DNA of 60,255 nucleotides, counting the filler. It is 4 parts of 4 records of this genome, joined end to end, with 100 filler letters (N's around TTAATTAATTAA, not from the genome) between each part and the next. Parts side by side here need not be neighbours in the genome. Positions count along the whole stretch, not along the records: positions 1 to 15,345 come from SRR31156797_10913; positions 15,446 to 35,638 come from SRR31156797_10915; 2 more parts are not named here. One strand, 5' to 3'. A model generated the notes under the pieces. It saw nothing but the letters and a program-made list of their open reading frames with translations. It did not search any database and had not been told where the DNA came from. Both the position numbers and the translations under genes were made by a program. Shown piece after piece: positions 10,718 to 21,249 of this stretch; position 1 is the stretch's first letter, and every line of letters starts with the position of its first letter.

Positions 10718-12229
10718 TTATTTTGAAAGCATTTGTAATAAATCGTCAAGGTATTTTCGTTCATTTGCCAACTGAGGAACCTTGTTTTGTCCACCAAGTT
10801 TGCCACGTTGTTTCATCCATTCGAAAAACATATTCTGCGGAGCTTTATGCACAACCGGCAAAGATAAGACACTATCTTTATAACGTTTAGCTTCATAATC
10901 ACTATTTACTGTTTGTAAAGCATTGTCTAATGAAACTGTAAAATGCTCCATACTATCTGGCTCCTGATCAAACTCAATAATCCATTCATGTCCACCTGAT
11001 TCTTTCCCTTTCATATATATTGGCCCTGCAGTAAAGTGTGCAATTTTCGCATTGCAATTTTTACATGCCACATCAAGAGCCTTAATGGCATTATCTACAA
11101 TCAACTCTTCACCAAATGCATTGATAAAGTGCTTGGTGCGACCTGAGATTTTTATTTTGTGCGGAAAAATGGACGTAAAAACCACCGTATCACCTATCAT
11201 GTAACGCCATAAACCGCCATTTGTACTAATAACCATAGCATAGTTTTTACCTTTTTCAACTTCAGCTATTGTTAAAGTTTTAGGATTTTCCTGACCTAAT
11301 TGATCCATTGGAATAAATTCATAGAATATTCCAAGATCCAACATAAGCAACATATCAGTATGATTAGGATCATCCTGCACCGCAAAGAATCCTTCAGAGG
11401 CATTATATGTTTCCATATATTTCATTTGGTCACTAGGAATCATTTCTTTATAAATTTCACGGTATGGATTAAAACTTACACCACCATGCACAAACAATTC
11501 CAGGTTTGGCCATACTTCGAGTATATTGGATTTTCCGGTTTTGTCAAGTACTGCCTTTAATAAAACCATAATCCAGGATGGCACACCTGCCATACTTGTT
11601 ACATTCTCTTTTACAGTAGTTTTAACCATTCGTTCGATTTTTTCTTCGAACTCATCGATTAATATGGTTTCTCTATCAGGAGTACGTATAAAGTTTGTCC
11701 AAAATGGCATATTTTGAATCAAAATAGCTGATAAATCACCATAATATGACTCCTTATTTTCATTAATTTGATGGCTTCCCCCAAGGGTCAAGGTTTTACC
11801 TGATAAATAACTATTATCCGGATAATTGTTATTAAAAATAGCCATGACATCTTTTCCACCTCTAAAATGGTTTTCTTCCAGAGACTCTTCTGTAACAGGA
11901 ATAAATTTACTTTTATCAGAAGTGGTTCCGGATGACTTTGCAAACCACTTTATTTCACCAGGCCATAAAAGTTCTGTTTCCCCTTTTCTCATTCTATCAA
12001 CCCATGGTTTAATATCCTCATAAGTTTGAATAGGAACTCGTTCTTTATAGGTATCGTAGTTTCTAATTTCCCTGTATTTATATTTCTTCCCCCATTCTGT
12101 AGGGGCTGCCTGGTCAATTAATCGTAAAAAAGTTTCAAGTTGTACATCAGCAGGATATTTTCGCATTAAGTCAATTTGTGACATCCTTTTGATATTTAAC
12201 CAGGTAACTATTGAGTTAAGAATTGGCAT
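10718..12229 (-). CDS. GH3 (auxin-responsive promoter) family acyl-adenylate/amide synthetase
   Basis: KSSGTTSDKSKFIP, YNASEGFF, GLWRYMIGD, GGQNKVP. Confidence 0.9.
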   Translation of the reverse strand: MPILNSIVTWLNIKRMSQIDLMRKYPADVQLETFLRLIDQAAPTEWGKKYKYREIRNYDTYKERVPIQTYEDIKPWVDRMRKGETELLWPGEIKWFAKSSGTTSDKSKFIPVTEESLEENHFRGGKDVMAIFNNNYPDNSYLSGKTLTLGGSHQINENKESYYGDLSAILIQNMPFWTNFIRTPDRETILIDEFEEKIERMVKTTVKENVTSMAGVPSWIMVLLKAVLDKTGKSNILEVWPNLELFVHGGVSFNPYREIYKEMIPSDQMKYMETYNASEGFFAVQDDPNHTDMLLMLDLGIFYEFIPMDQLGQENPKTLTIAEVEKGKNYAMVISTNGGLWRYMIGDTVVFTSIFPHKIKISGRTKHFINAFGEELIVDNAIKALDVACKNCNAKIAHFTAGPIYMKGKESGGHEWIIEFDQEPDSMEHFTVSLDNALQTVNSDYEAKRYKDSVLSLPVVHKAPQNMFFEWMKQRGKLGGQNKVPQLANERKYLDDLLQMLSK

Positions 12230-12366
12230 AATAATGTATCATTTTGTAAGCAAACGTAAAAATAACAGTATTCTGATTGGTTTAAAAGATTTTTTTGAAA
12301 TACAGTTAAAAACGTATAATTATAAAGAAATAACGATTACTTTTATATAACAGTTTAAAATAGATT

Positions 12367-12909
12367 ATGAATATTTTCGATTTAGCTATTGCCATTCCGC
12401 TTGTTTGGGGTTTATATAAAGGATTTACAAAAGGTTTTATACAAGCATTAGCCACATTAGTTGCCCTAGTTTTAGGCGTAATTGGTGCCATAAAGTTCAG
12501 TGATATTACCAGTACTTTTTTAGCCAGCAATCTTAATATTGAACCAACCTACTTACCACTTATATCATTTGCTATCACTTTTATCGGAATTATAGTCGGA
12601 GTACATTTTCTGGCCCGATTAATGGATAAATTGTTAAAGGCGGTAGCTTTAGGCCTGGTAAATAAAGTTGCCGGAGCTGTATTTGGTGTAGCTAAATATG
12701 CTTTTATAGTAAGTGTAATTTTAATCGCTTTAAATTACATCAATGCTCAAACGAATTTTATTCCCGAAGAAAAAATTGAATCTTCCTTATTATATGAACC
12801 CGTTTCAAAGTTTGCTCCTACCGTTATTCCCTATGTAAATCTGGATACCTTGAGAAAAACTGTTGATGAAAAAGTGAATTTACCGGAAGGATTAAAAGAT
12901 AGTTTATAA
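12367..12909 (+). CDS. cvpA: CvpA (colicin V production) family membrane protein
   Basis: N-terminal D..GLYKGFTKGF, four TM segments, NKVAGAVFG, ESSLLY. Confidence 0.85.
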   Translation: MNIFDLAIAIPLVWGLYKGFTKGFIQALATLVALVLGVIGAIKFSDITSTFLASNLNIEPTYLPLISFAITFIGIIVGVHFLARLMDKLLKAVALGLVNKVAGAVFGVAKYAFIVSVILIALNYINAQTNFIPEEKIESSLLYEPVSKFAPTVIPYVNLDTLRKTVDEKVNLPEGLKDSL

Positions 12910-13030
12910 AAAAATAAAGGCTGACGCCTTTTTGAGTTTCGGTGCCAGCCTTAAGGGTTACCAACCTGTTTTCTAAAATTTCTTTCCTGACCTATTCTTA
13001 GGGTTGTAACTCACATGACTATTTGTTTTC
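12910..13030 (-). ncRNA. Candidate small RNA
   Basis: Minus-strand TATATTTG (-7 box) at 13035-13042; ~120 nt without ORF; terminator stem 12917-12952 followed by U-tract. Confidence 0.45.
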
Positions 13031-13337
13031 GATTCAAATATATGACATCTTTTTGGAGGTTTTTACCCAGTCAAATTAGGTATAAATACGTAATACAAAA
13101 GCACTACATCAATATAACCACCTCATTATTAACATTAAAGACTGGGTTATTTAAAACTATTTTAAATTGTACCTTTTACAATAATTCAACGCACTACATC
13201 TATTATGTATCATACGATACCTTCATTTTCACACAAAGTGAATTTTTTTTATAAAATTGAAAAAAAATCATCTTTCATTAATTCCTCAAGAATAATTACT
13301 TTTGGGCTTGATTTTGTAAACTCATAACCACACAAAT

Positions 13338-14630
13338 ATGAACTTTGTAGAAGAATTGAAATGGCGAGGTATGATCCATGATATCATGCCGGGTACAGAG
13401 GAACAGCTTAAAAAAGAAATGACATCAGCATATGTGGGAATTGATCCTACTGCAGATTCACTTCATATTGGTCACCTGGTAGGTGTAATGATGCTTAAGC
13501 ACTTTCAAAACGCCGGACATAAACCAATTGCATTGGTAGGTGGAGCAACAGGAATGATTGGCGATCCATCCGGAAAATCTAAAGAGCGCAACTTATTAGA
13601 TGAAAAAACCTTACGCCATAACGAAGAGGCTTTAAAAGCACAATTGGCCCGATTCCTTGATTTTGAAACAGACGCTCCAAATAAAGCAGAGTTGGTCAAC
13701 AATTACGATTGGATGAAAGATTTCACATTTCTAGATTTCATTCGCGATATTGGAAAACACCTTACGGTAAATTACATGATGAGTAAAGATTCTGTTAAAA
13801 AGCGCCTTGGAGCCGAAGCTGCAGAAGGTATGTCATTTACAGAATTTACTTACCAACTGGTTCAGGGTTATGATTTTATGTGGTTGTATGAGCATAAAAA
13901 CTGTAAACTACAGATGGGTGGATCAGACCAATGGGGAAATATTACAACTGGTACTGAATTGATTCGTCGTAAACTTTCTGGTGAAGCATTTGCCATGACT
14001 TGCCCACTAATTACAAAAGCTGACGGTGGCAAGTTTGGAAAAACTGAAAAAGGAAACATTTGGTTAGATGAAAACCGCACATCTCCTTATGAATTTTACC
14101 AATTCTGGTTAAATGTATCAGACGATGATGCAGCCAAATACATTAAAATCTTCACCATGATTGGTAAAGAAGAAATTGAAACGCTCATTGCTGAGCATTC
14201 TGAAGCACCTCATCAAAGAAATCTTCAAAAAAGGCTGGCAGATGAAATGACCATTTTAGTTCATGGTGAAAAAGCACTTGAGATGGCCAAAGCTGCTTCG
14301 CAAATATTATTTGGAAAGTCTACAAAAGACGATCTAACATCTATTGATGAGCGTACTTTTTTAGCAGTTTTTGATGGCGTACCTACTTTTGACATTGAGC
14401 GAAAATGGTTGAATGAAAACATTAATGTGGTTGATCTGTTAGCTGAAAAATCAAATGTATTTGAATCTAAAGGAGAACTTCGCCGATTGATTAAAGGTGG
14501 AGGCGTAAGCATCAATAAAGAAAAAATACAGGATGCCGAAATGACAATTGATGCATCATTTTTGTTGAATGAAAAATATATCTTGATTCAAAAAGGAAAG
14601 CGAAATTACTTTGTTTTAAAATGTCAATAA
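13338..14630 (+). CDS. tyrS: Tyrosine--tRNA ligase
   Basis: [28 protein letters not shown]-terminal S4 domain. Confidence 0.98.
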   Translation: MNFVEELKWRGMIHDIMPGTEEQLKKEMTSAYVGIDPTADSLHIGHLVGVMMLKHFQNAGHKPIALVGGATGMIGDPSGKSKERNLLDEKTLRHNEEALKAQLARFLDFETDAPNKAELVNNYDWMKDFTFLDFIRDIGKHLTVNYMMSKDSVKKRLGAEAAEGMSFTEFTYQLVQGYDFMWLYEHKNCKLQMGGSDQWGNITTGTELIRRKLSGEAFAMTCPLITKADGGKFGKTEKGNIWLDENRTSPYEFYQFWLNVSDDDAAKYIKIFTMIGKEEIETLIAEHSEAPHQRNLQKRLADEMTILVHGEKALEMAKAASQILFGKSTKDDLTSIDERTFLAVFDGVPTFDIERKWLNENINVVDLLAEKSNVFESKGELRRLIKGGGVSINKEKIQDAEMTIDASFLLNEKYILIQKGKRNYFVLKCQ

Positions 14631-15244
14631 GCACTGAAAATATTGTAAAAGAACTCAGAAGTAAACTTAAAAACGAATTACCCGGCTCTACGGCACATAA
14701 AATTATGAAGCCCGGAGGCCGGGTTTTGCGTCCTGAGAATGGCGAGGACCCTCGTCAAAGTGCTGTTATGATATTAATTTACGAAAAGGAAGACGAACCA
14801 CAAATCATCATGATTAAAAGAGCAGAATATGATGGTGTACACAGCGGTCAGATTGCTTTCCCAGGCGGGAAAAAAGAAAAAAATGATACAGAATTAATTG
14901 AAACAGCCTTTAGAGAAACCTTTGAAGAAGTTGGATTACGTAGAGAAAACATCGATATTATTGGGAAACTGAGTCCTTTATGGATTCCGGTAAGTAACAT
15001 GTGTGTGCATCCTTTTGTAGGCTATTATAGCATGAAGCCCATATTTGTCATCCAGGAAAAAGAGGTCCAACAAGTTTTATCGTTCCCTTTGAGTGAACTG
15101 CTAAAAGAAGAAACCATTACACAGTCTATTTTTAGCGGAAGAAAATATTCCATTGAAGCCCCTTGCTATAAGGTAAATAACGAAAAAATTTGGGGAGCTT
15201 CAGCAATGATTTTAAGTGAACTGCTCACACTTCTAAAAAATTAG
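14621..15244 (+). CDS. Nudix CoA pyrophosphatase
   Basis: [10 protein letters not shown], Nudix box [17 protein letters not shown]. Confidence 0.9.
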   Translation: MSISTENIVKELRSKLKNELPGSTAHKIMKPGGRVLRPENGEDPRQSAVMILIYEKEDEPQIIMIKRAEYDGVHSGQIAFPGGKKEKNDTELIETAFRETFEEVGLRRENIDIIGKLSPLWIPVSNMCVHPFVGYYSMKPIFVIQEKEVQQVLSFPLSELLKEETITQSIFSGRKYSIEAPCYKVNNEKIWGASAMILSELLTLLKN

Positions 15245-15308
15245 TATAAAAAAACAAAGCATTTTTTTTGGACTTCTAAAAAAAGATTATCTTTGCAGTC
15301 CAATTCAT

Positions 15309-15345
15309 GGTGATAGTAGCTCAGTTGGTTAGAGCACTGGATTGT
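15309..15345 (+). tRNA. tRNA 5' half, most likely tRNA-His(GTG), cut by the contig end
   Basis: G-1 plus GTGATAG, D-arm GCTC-AGTTGGTTA-GAGC, anticodon stem CTGGA, loop TT-GT(n); upstream TATCTTTG promoter. Confidence 0.8.
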
Positions 15346-15445
15346 NNNNNNNNNNNNNNNNNNNNNNNNNNNNNNNNNNNNNNNNNNNNTTAATTAATTA
15401 ANNNNNNNNNNNNNNNNNNNNNNNNNNNNNNNNNNNNNNNNNNNN
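15346..15445. other. Artificial contig linker
   Basis: N44-TTAATTAATTAA-N44 (stops in all frames). Confidence 0.99.
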
Positions 15446-18400
15446 ATAATAATCACCGCTAACAATATCTCTTGGTTTAAAAAGAATAAAATAACTATTC
15501 AATACCGTTTTAGCAAATTCATTACTTGGCAGCAATGCCGACTGAATACGACTGGCATAATGTATACTATCTGTAATATCTTTCTTTTGTTCAGCAATTT
15601 CGTCTCTTTGTTTACGAATCTCAATCGTACGTTCTTTTACTTTTTCTTCAAGCACTCTTTTCTCTTCTTTCAATTTTCGCTCCCTGTAACGAATAAAAAG
15701 CACAATAGCTAAAATTATAAATACTACATAACTAATATAAGCAGTTATGGTCTGGTACCACGGAGGATGAATAATTAAAGTTAAACGTAAAGGATCACTC
15801 CAAACACCATCGTTATTAGTTCCCTGGGCCACAAACACATAATCACCCGGAGGCATACCGGTATAAGGTGCTTTGCGGTTATTGGCATCAGCATAAACCC
15901 ATTGCTCATTGAAGTTCTCCATCTTATATCTAAAAATGTTTTTAGATGGCTCAGTATAATCCAATGATGAAAGCTCAAAAGTCAAAAAGTTTTGATTATA
16001 GGGAAGTTCAATATGCTTCTTCTCATGAGCCAAACTATCAAATTCAGCTTCTTTTCCAAATAACAAAATTCGACTTAATACAATACGAGGTTTAAATGGG
16101 TTTAGAGAATCAGGTATAAACTTCATATAACCAGAAGTCGTAGGCAAAATTAATTGCTCATCAAAATCAGGATGTCTATAATGTTCTTTAAGAAAATTCA
16201 AAGAAACATAATCGTTACTTCTAAAGAATGTTTCGGTTTTTTCATCTTTTACCGTCATTTTAGTTAAACCCTTCAGGCTAGTTAACCAAATATTTCCATG
16301 TTTATCCGGATACAATCCATTGATATTATTATCAGCAAGGCCATCACTGGATGTATATCTTATAAAATCATTGGTTTGAGGATTAAATCTAATAAGTCCG
16401 GTATTGGTTGCTACCCATACAATACTATCAGTTTTATACGTATAGCAATCACCCAGGTCAACATTTAATTCAATACTAAAAGTGTCAATCTCATTTGATG
16501 CTATCTTGTATTGATAAATATCAGGAATTACCGAATACCACAATGAATTATCGGATGTATCAAGAAAGCAATCACCATTTGCCAATGAGGTTCCCTGTAT
16601 AAATTCTGAAAAATCTAAAACTTTTTCAATTTGCTCAGATTCAGGATCAAACTTCCATATATTCCTGGCTGTTCGAATAAAGTATAAATTTTTCCATTTT
16701 TCAATATCTTTCACATATCGGCTATCCACATCAAAAACAGAACTATAGGTATCGCCAAATGATAAGAAATTCTCTCTTTTATTTAAGCCATAATCATATT
16801 TATGAAGTCCGTCTACAGCAGCTATCCATAACCCATCTTTCAAAGTCAAAATATAAAGCGCATGATTGTCAATTTCCTGATCTCTTATTTGTAAATCGCT
16901 TAATTCAACATACTTTTCATTTTCAATATTGGGAAAATTAAACATTGCTAACCTGTTAGAGTAAGCCATGTATAATTTATTTCTATTGGTGGTAATATCA
17001 TTAATATCATAGGTGCTTTCTCCGGTAAAGTCATCTTTCGGAAAGATTTTATCTTCTAATAAGAATGCATGTTTCTTTTTTGTAGTTAGGTTAATGTGAT
17101 AAATCTTGTTGGTTTTACCTGTCGTAATAAAGCTATCATCACTTATTTGTTTGATTGGAAATGGTGCGAAATTTTCCATACCCAAATTTTCATAAAAAAA
17201 TCTAGGCGGTCTGAGCCTATTTAATCCACCCCGTGTAGCAATCCATTTATTTCTGGATCTATCTTCAAAAATATCCCACACTTCATTACTATATAACCTG
17301 TTTTCTGTGCTCTGCTCTATATGCTGTAAACTACCGGTAATCTTGTCAAAAACAAAGATTCCGCTAGTTGAAGTCAACCAAAGCTTATTCTCCAGATCGT
17401 CTTTTAACTTTATGATTTGTTTAGGACTATCAAATAAGACATAATTATTAATTGTATTTTGATTTATCTGAAGTAATCCCTTTTTATAGGCTAGCCAATA
17501 ATCTCCATTTTGAGCCTGTGTAAATGTAACATAATATGTATTACTCTTTACATTTGAACCTATATAATACTCAAAATCAATGGGTATACTATGCCAGCTA
17601 TCACTTTTCCGGATATGAATGCCGTTTTCAGTTAAAATGGTAAAGAATCCTTCATTGTTTATTATCATATCCTTAATGTGACGTGCATGTATTGCATTTT
17701 CAGGATAGTAATCAACATTTACCAATTGACCTATTTCACTTTCTTGATTCACCTTAAAAAGACCAATTCCATAACCGCTCATTGGATTTTCTTCGTCTTT
17801 AAATGAATTTGAATCGTCCATTGTAAATCTCAATTCATACTTACCAGGCGCGAGTTCTATTGTGGTTGAAGCCAAATGAAAAAGTGAATTTTTATCAACA
17901 GGAACAAAATAATCATTGGCATCGAATATGAGTTGACTTCCTTTGTACAATTGACCATAATCGTAATAGTTTCCTGAAGAGCCCTCTCCTCCTGATACAA
18001 CTATAAAAGAGGTTGGTTTTGATATTTTAAATGATAAAATACTATCCGTAAAGTAATCAGGTTTGTTGCGAGAAAGCCATTTTTGAACCGCAGGATGAGC
18101 AATTTTTTGAGCCATTGTAAAAGTATCAACTTTAGTATGATCTTCATTTAATCTAATTAGATAATCTTTTACAGGGCCAATCCAATAGTTCAAAAATCTA
18201 TCTTGTAATATTTTTGAGTTTATATCAAATACTCTTTCATTAACATATTCAAAATCACTCACCAATTTATGATTCTTAAAGGCAAATAGTTTATTATAAT
18301 GCCTCATCCATAAGTTTTGATTCCAATCTAAATACAAATAAGTAATATCATTATGAGGTATAGATGTTGAATCTCTTCTATCATGTTTAAACAACTTATA

Positions 18401-18592
18401 AGAGTATCCATCATATCGATATAATCCACCTCGTGTAGACAACCAAATAAACCCGGTAGAATCTTGAACCATCCCAGATACAAATCCTAGTGACCGACCA
18501 CTCTCATTTGTAATTTGTTCAAAACGATAATCTTCCTGGCTGAAAGCCCAGCCGGAAAGCAATATGAAAAATATAACAACAATTCGATTCAT
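15446..18592 (-). CDS. Beta-propeller/Y_Y_Y sensor with TM helix and start of a SpoIIE/PP2C phosphatase domain, 3'-truncated
   Basis: Reg_prop repeats (QDSTGFIWLST, DKHGNIWLT), YTGMPPGDY...PPWY, TM helix, DSIHYASRIQSALLP, PRDIVSGDY. Confidence 0.88.
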
Positions 18593-18706
18593 GGCAATTT
18601 AGAATAGGAAAAATACAATTACTCTTACAATAAAACAACTTTTTATCTTAAGAAAGTTACAATTAAATTTAACTTAAAAAACTACTGGCTATCAATAAAT
18701 TACAGA

Positions 18707-20074
18707 TTAACTAACAACTACCGTTTTAATATTCATAAACTCTCTTATGCCATATACAGATAATTCCCGTCCGTAACCACTCTCTTTAATACCACCAAAT
18801 GGCAAACGAGGGTCACTTTTCACAAAATCATTTACAAACACAGCTCCTGCTCGCAAAGCATCACCAGCTATTCGTTCACCACGCTTTAAGTCATTCGTAA
18901 AAACAGCAGCACCCAATCCAAAAACAGTGTCGTTGGCCACCTCAATGGCTTCCTCTTCATTAGCCACCTTAATTACAGATGCTACCGGTCCAAACAATTC
19001 TTCATCATAAGCAGGCATTCCCTTTTTAACATCAGCTAAAACAGTAGCAGGATAAAATGCACCTTTACCTTCAGGAATAAAACCTCCTGTTAAGAGCCTT
19101 GCTCCTTTCTCTACACTTTTTTCAACCTGATAATGTAATTCCTCTCTAAAGCTTTTTGTTGCAAGGGGCGCCATGCTGGTATCTTCATTCATTGGATCTC
19201 CCATTTTCGTGGACTCCATTTTCTTTACAAATTGCTTGAGAAACTCTTCATAAACTAACTCAGAAACAATGAATCTTTTAGCACCAATACAGCTTTGTCC
19301 TGCATTCAATAACCGACCTGCAACACATTTCTCAACCGCCAACTCAATATCAGCATCTTCCAAAATCAGATAAGGATCACTTCCACCTAATTCTAATACC
19401 GTTTTCTTTAAACTACGGCCTGCTACTTCAGCCACAGCTTTACCGGCTGCAGTACTACCAGTTATTGTAACACCTGCAATTCTATTATCTTCTATTACTT
19501 TAGCTGTTTCAGATCCCTTGAGTAGTAAACTTAAGAATGTTCCTTCAGGATAGCCGGCATCTTTAAAAAGCTCCTCTATAGCCAAACTACATCCGGAAAC
19601 ATTGCTGGCATGCTTTAATATTGCCACATTACCAGCCATAAGAGTAGGTGCAGCAAATCTAAAAACTTGCCAAAAAGGAAAATTCCATGGCATAATAGCC
19701 AAAATAGGTCCTAGCGGCTGATATTGTATTTGGGCTTTTGTATACTCAGTAAAAACTTCTTCAGGAATTAAAAAACGCTCAGCATTTTCAGCATAATATT
19801 CACAAACCCATGCACACTTCTCAACCTCTGCCCTCGACTCTCCAATTAGCTTTCCCATTTCCCGGGTAATAAGTGTAGCTAACTGGTCCTTTCGCTCTCT
19901 AAGTAAAACTGCTACCTGTTGTAGCAAGCTCTTCTTTTTGGCAAATGGTATTGCTCTCCATTCATTCCATTGTTTGTGTGATAACTCTATTAATTGCTCT
20001 AATTTTTCGCTACTTACCTGGTCGTAATTTGCAACTAAACTTCCATTATAAGGATTTATACTTTTTATTGACAT
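18707..20074 (-). CDS. NAD(P)-dependent succinate-semialdehyde dehydrogenase (Sad/GabD1-like)
   Basis: IMPWNFPFWQ, LELGGSDP, NAGQSC, EELFGP, PFGGIKESGYGRE. Confidence 0.9.
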   Translation of the reverse strand: MSIKSINPYNGSLVANYDQVSSEKLEQLIELSHKQWNEWRAIPFAKKKSLLQQVAVLLRERKDQLATLITREMGKLIGESRAEVEKCAWVCEYYAENAERFLIPEEVFTEYTKAQIQYQPLGPILAIMPWNFPFWQVFRFAAPTLMAGNVAILKHASNVSGCSLAIEELFKDAGYPEGTFLSLLLKGSETAKVIEDNRIAGVTITGSTAAGKAVAEVAGRSLKKTVLELGGSDPYLILEDADIELAVEKCVAGRLLNAGQSCIGAKRFIVSELVYEEFLKQFVKKMESTKMGDPMNEDTSMAPLATKSFREELHYQVEKSVEKGARLLTGGFIPEGKGAFYPATVLADVKKGMPAYDEELFGPVASVIKVANEEEAIEVANDTVFGLGAAVFTNDLKRGERIAGDALRAGAVFVNDFVKSDPRLPFGGIKESGYGRELSVYGIREFMNIKTVVVS

Positions 20075-20116
20075 AAATAAATGATTTTCAACATGTAAAA
20101 ATTCAATGTACAAAAT

Positions 20117-20146
20117 AAAAGCGGGGAATCAAAGTTCCCCGCTTAT
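20117..20146 (-). terminator. Intrinsic terminator
   Basis: AAGCGGGGAA/TTCCCCGCTT stem with A/T flanks. Confidence 0.7.
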
Positions 20147-20356
20147 TTAATCATCTTCTTCATCATCAAAAAAATCTTCAAGGGATTCCTGCCTTCGCAT
20201 TTTGGCAAGTTCTTCTTCATATTCATCCCATTCTTCGTCTTCTGAATAACCTTTTCGATTCTGCTTTTTTCCTGTTTTTTTGGGATTTTTAATCCTTAAT
20301 TCTTCATCTTGAGCCGACATAGTTTTCTTCTTGCGGCTTGTGTCTTGTTTTTTCAT
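20147..20356 (-). CDS. Small hypothetical protein, basic N-terminus and acidic C-terminus
   Basis: 69-aa ORF ending directly at a terminator. Confidence 0.65.
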   Translation of the reverse strand: MKKQDTSRKKKTMSAQDEELRIKNPKKTGKKQNRKGYSEDEEWDEYEEELAKMRRQESLEDFFDDEEDD

Positions 20357-20458
20357 TTCAATAAAAACTGAATATTGAACGTCAATTTAAATTCTGATTG
20401 TAAAGATAAATTTATTTTAAAATTGTATGCAAGTCAAGAAAAAAAAAGATTACTGATT

Positions 20459-20989
20459 CTAAAACAAATAGCTTGCACCAATTTTCAATCCCATTACGTT
20501 ACCAATTCCAATCTCAACATTTGCAGCCCAATTATTTGTAAAATAGTAATTTCCTCCGGTTTGAATACCGAAAAATAAACCGGATGCTCTTCCTCCATCA
20601 TAAGCTAAACCTCCTACTGTATTTGTCGAAACTAAAATATAGCCAAGTGATGCACCTGCATAAAATAAAAATGGAGCCTTAAGGTTTAAAAGATTATTAA
20701 AATGATAATTACCTCTTGCGGCAATAGTTGTAGCTCTATGCGTATATTTTAAGCCTGCATAAGTTTCTGATTGTCCTCTATATGATATCTCCCCACCAAT
20801 GGATACCTCATCGTGTAACATGTACTCAAAACTCCCATAAATAGGAACCCCCCATGAAGAAACACCAAATCCAAAATTGGTAAACATATCTTGATTTCTA
20901 GGAATTTTTGATCCTTGTGGTAAAGTAGATTGACTGAATGAAATTTGAGAGATCATTAAAACAGCAATAAGAATAATAATTTTCTTCAT
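20459..20989 (-). CDS. Small outer-membrane beta-barrel protein
   Basis: Signal peptide, amphipathic strands, RGNYHFN, C-terminal YLF. Confidence 0.75.
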   Translation of the reverse strand: MKKIIILIAVLMISQISFSQSTLPQGSKIPRNQDMFTNFGFGVSSWGVPIYGSFEYMLHDEVSIGGEISYRGQSETYAGLKYTHRATTIAARGNYHFNNLLNLKAPFLFYAGASLGYILVSTNTVGGLAYDGGRASGLFFGIQTGGNYYFTNNWAANVEIGIGNVMGLKIGASYLF

Positions 20990-21059
20990 GTTATATTTTT
21001 TTTATGACAAAGATAAATTAATTAGCATTTTTGTATTACAAACAAAATCAATATTTGTT

Positions 21060-21248
21060 ATGGAATGTAAAAAATCTCAAAATATGGAAAATTGCAATTG
21101 CTCATACCCTTGCAATAAGAAAGGTATATGCTGTGATTGCGTTGCATATCATAGAAAAAGAGGTGAACTTCCTGCTTGTTACTTTTCAAATGAGGCAGAA
21201 AGAACCTATGATAGATCTGTAGAAAACTACTTACGAACAAGAAGTTAA
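21060..21248 (+). CDS. Small Cys-rich protein (DUF6485-like)
   Basis: [20 protein letters not shown]...LPACYF...ERTYDRS. Confidence 0.75.
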   Translation: MECKKSQNMENCNCSYPCNKKGICCDCVAYHRKRGELPACYFSNEAERTYDRSVENYLRTRS

Positions 21249-21249
21249 G

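Noticed and set aside
13015-13254. 79-aa ORF; likewise 25081-25299, 30441-30686, 56768-57166 and 59913-60236
   Set aside because: No motifs; they overlap promoters, sRNA candidates or genes on the opposite strand
15390-15401. TTAATTAATTAA repeated three times in the window
   Set aside because: Artificial all-frame stop linker inside N runs
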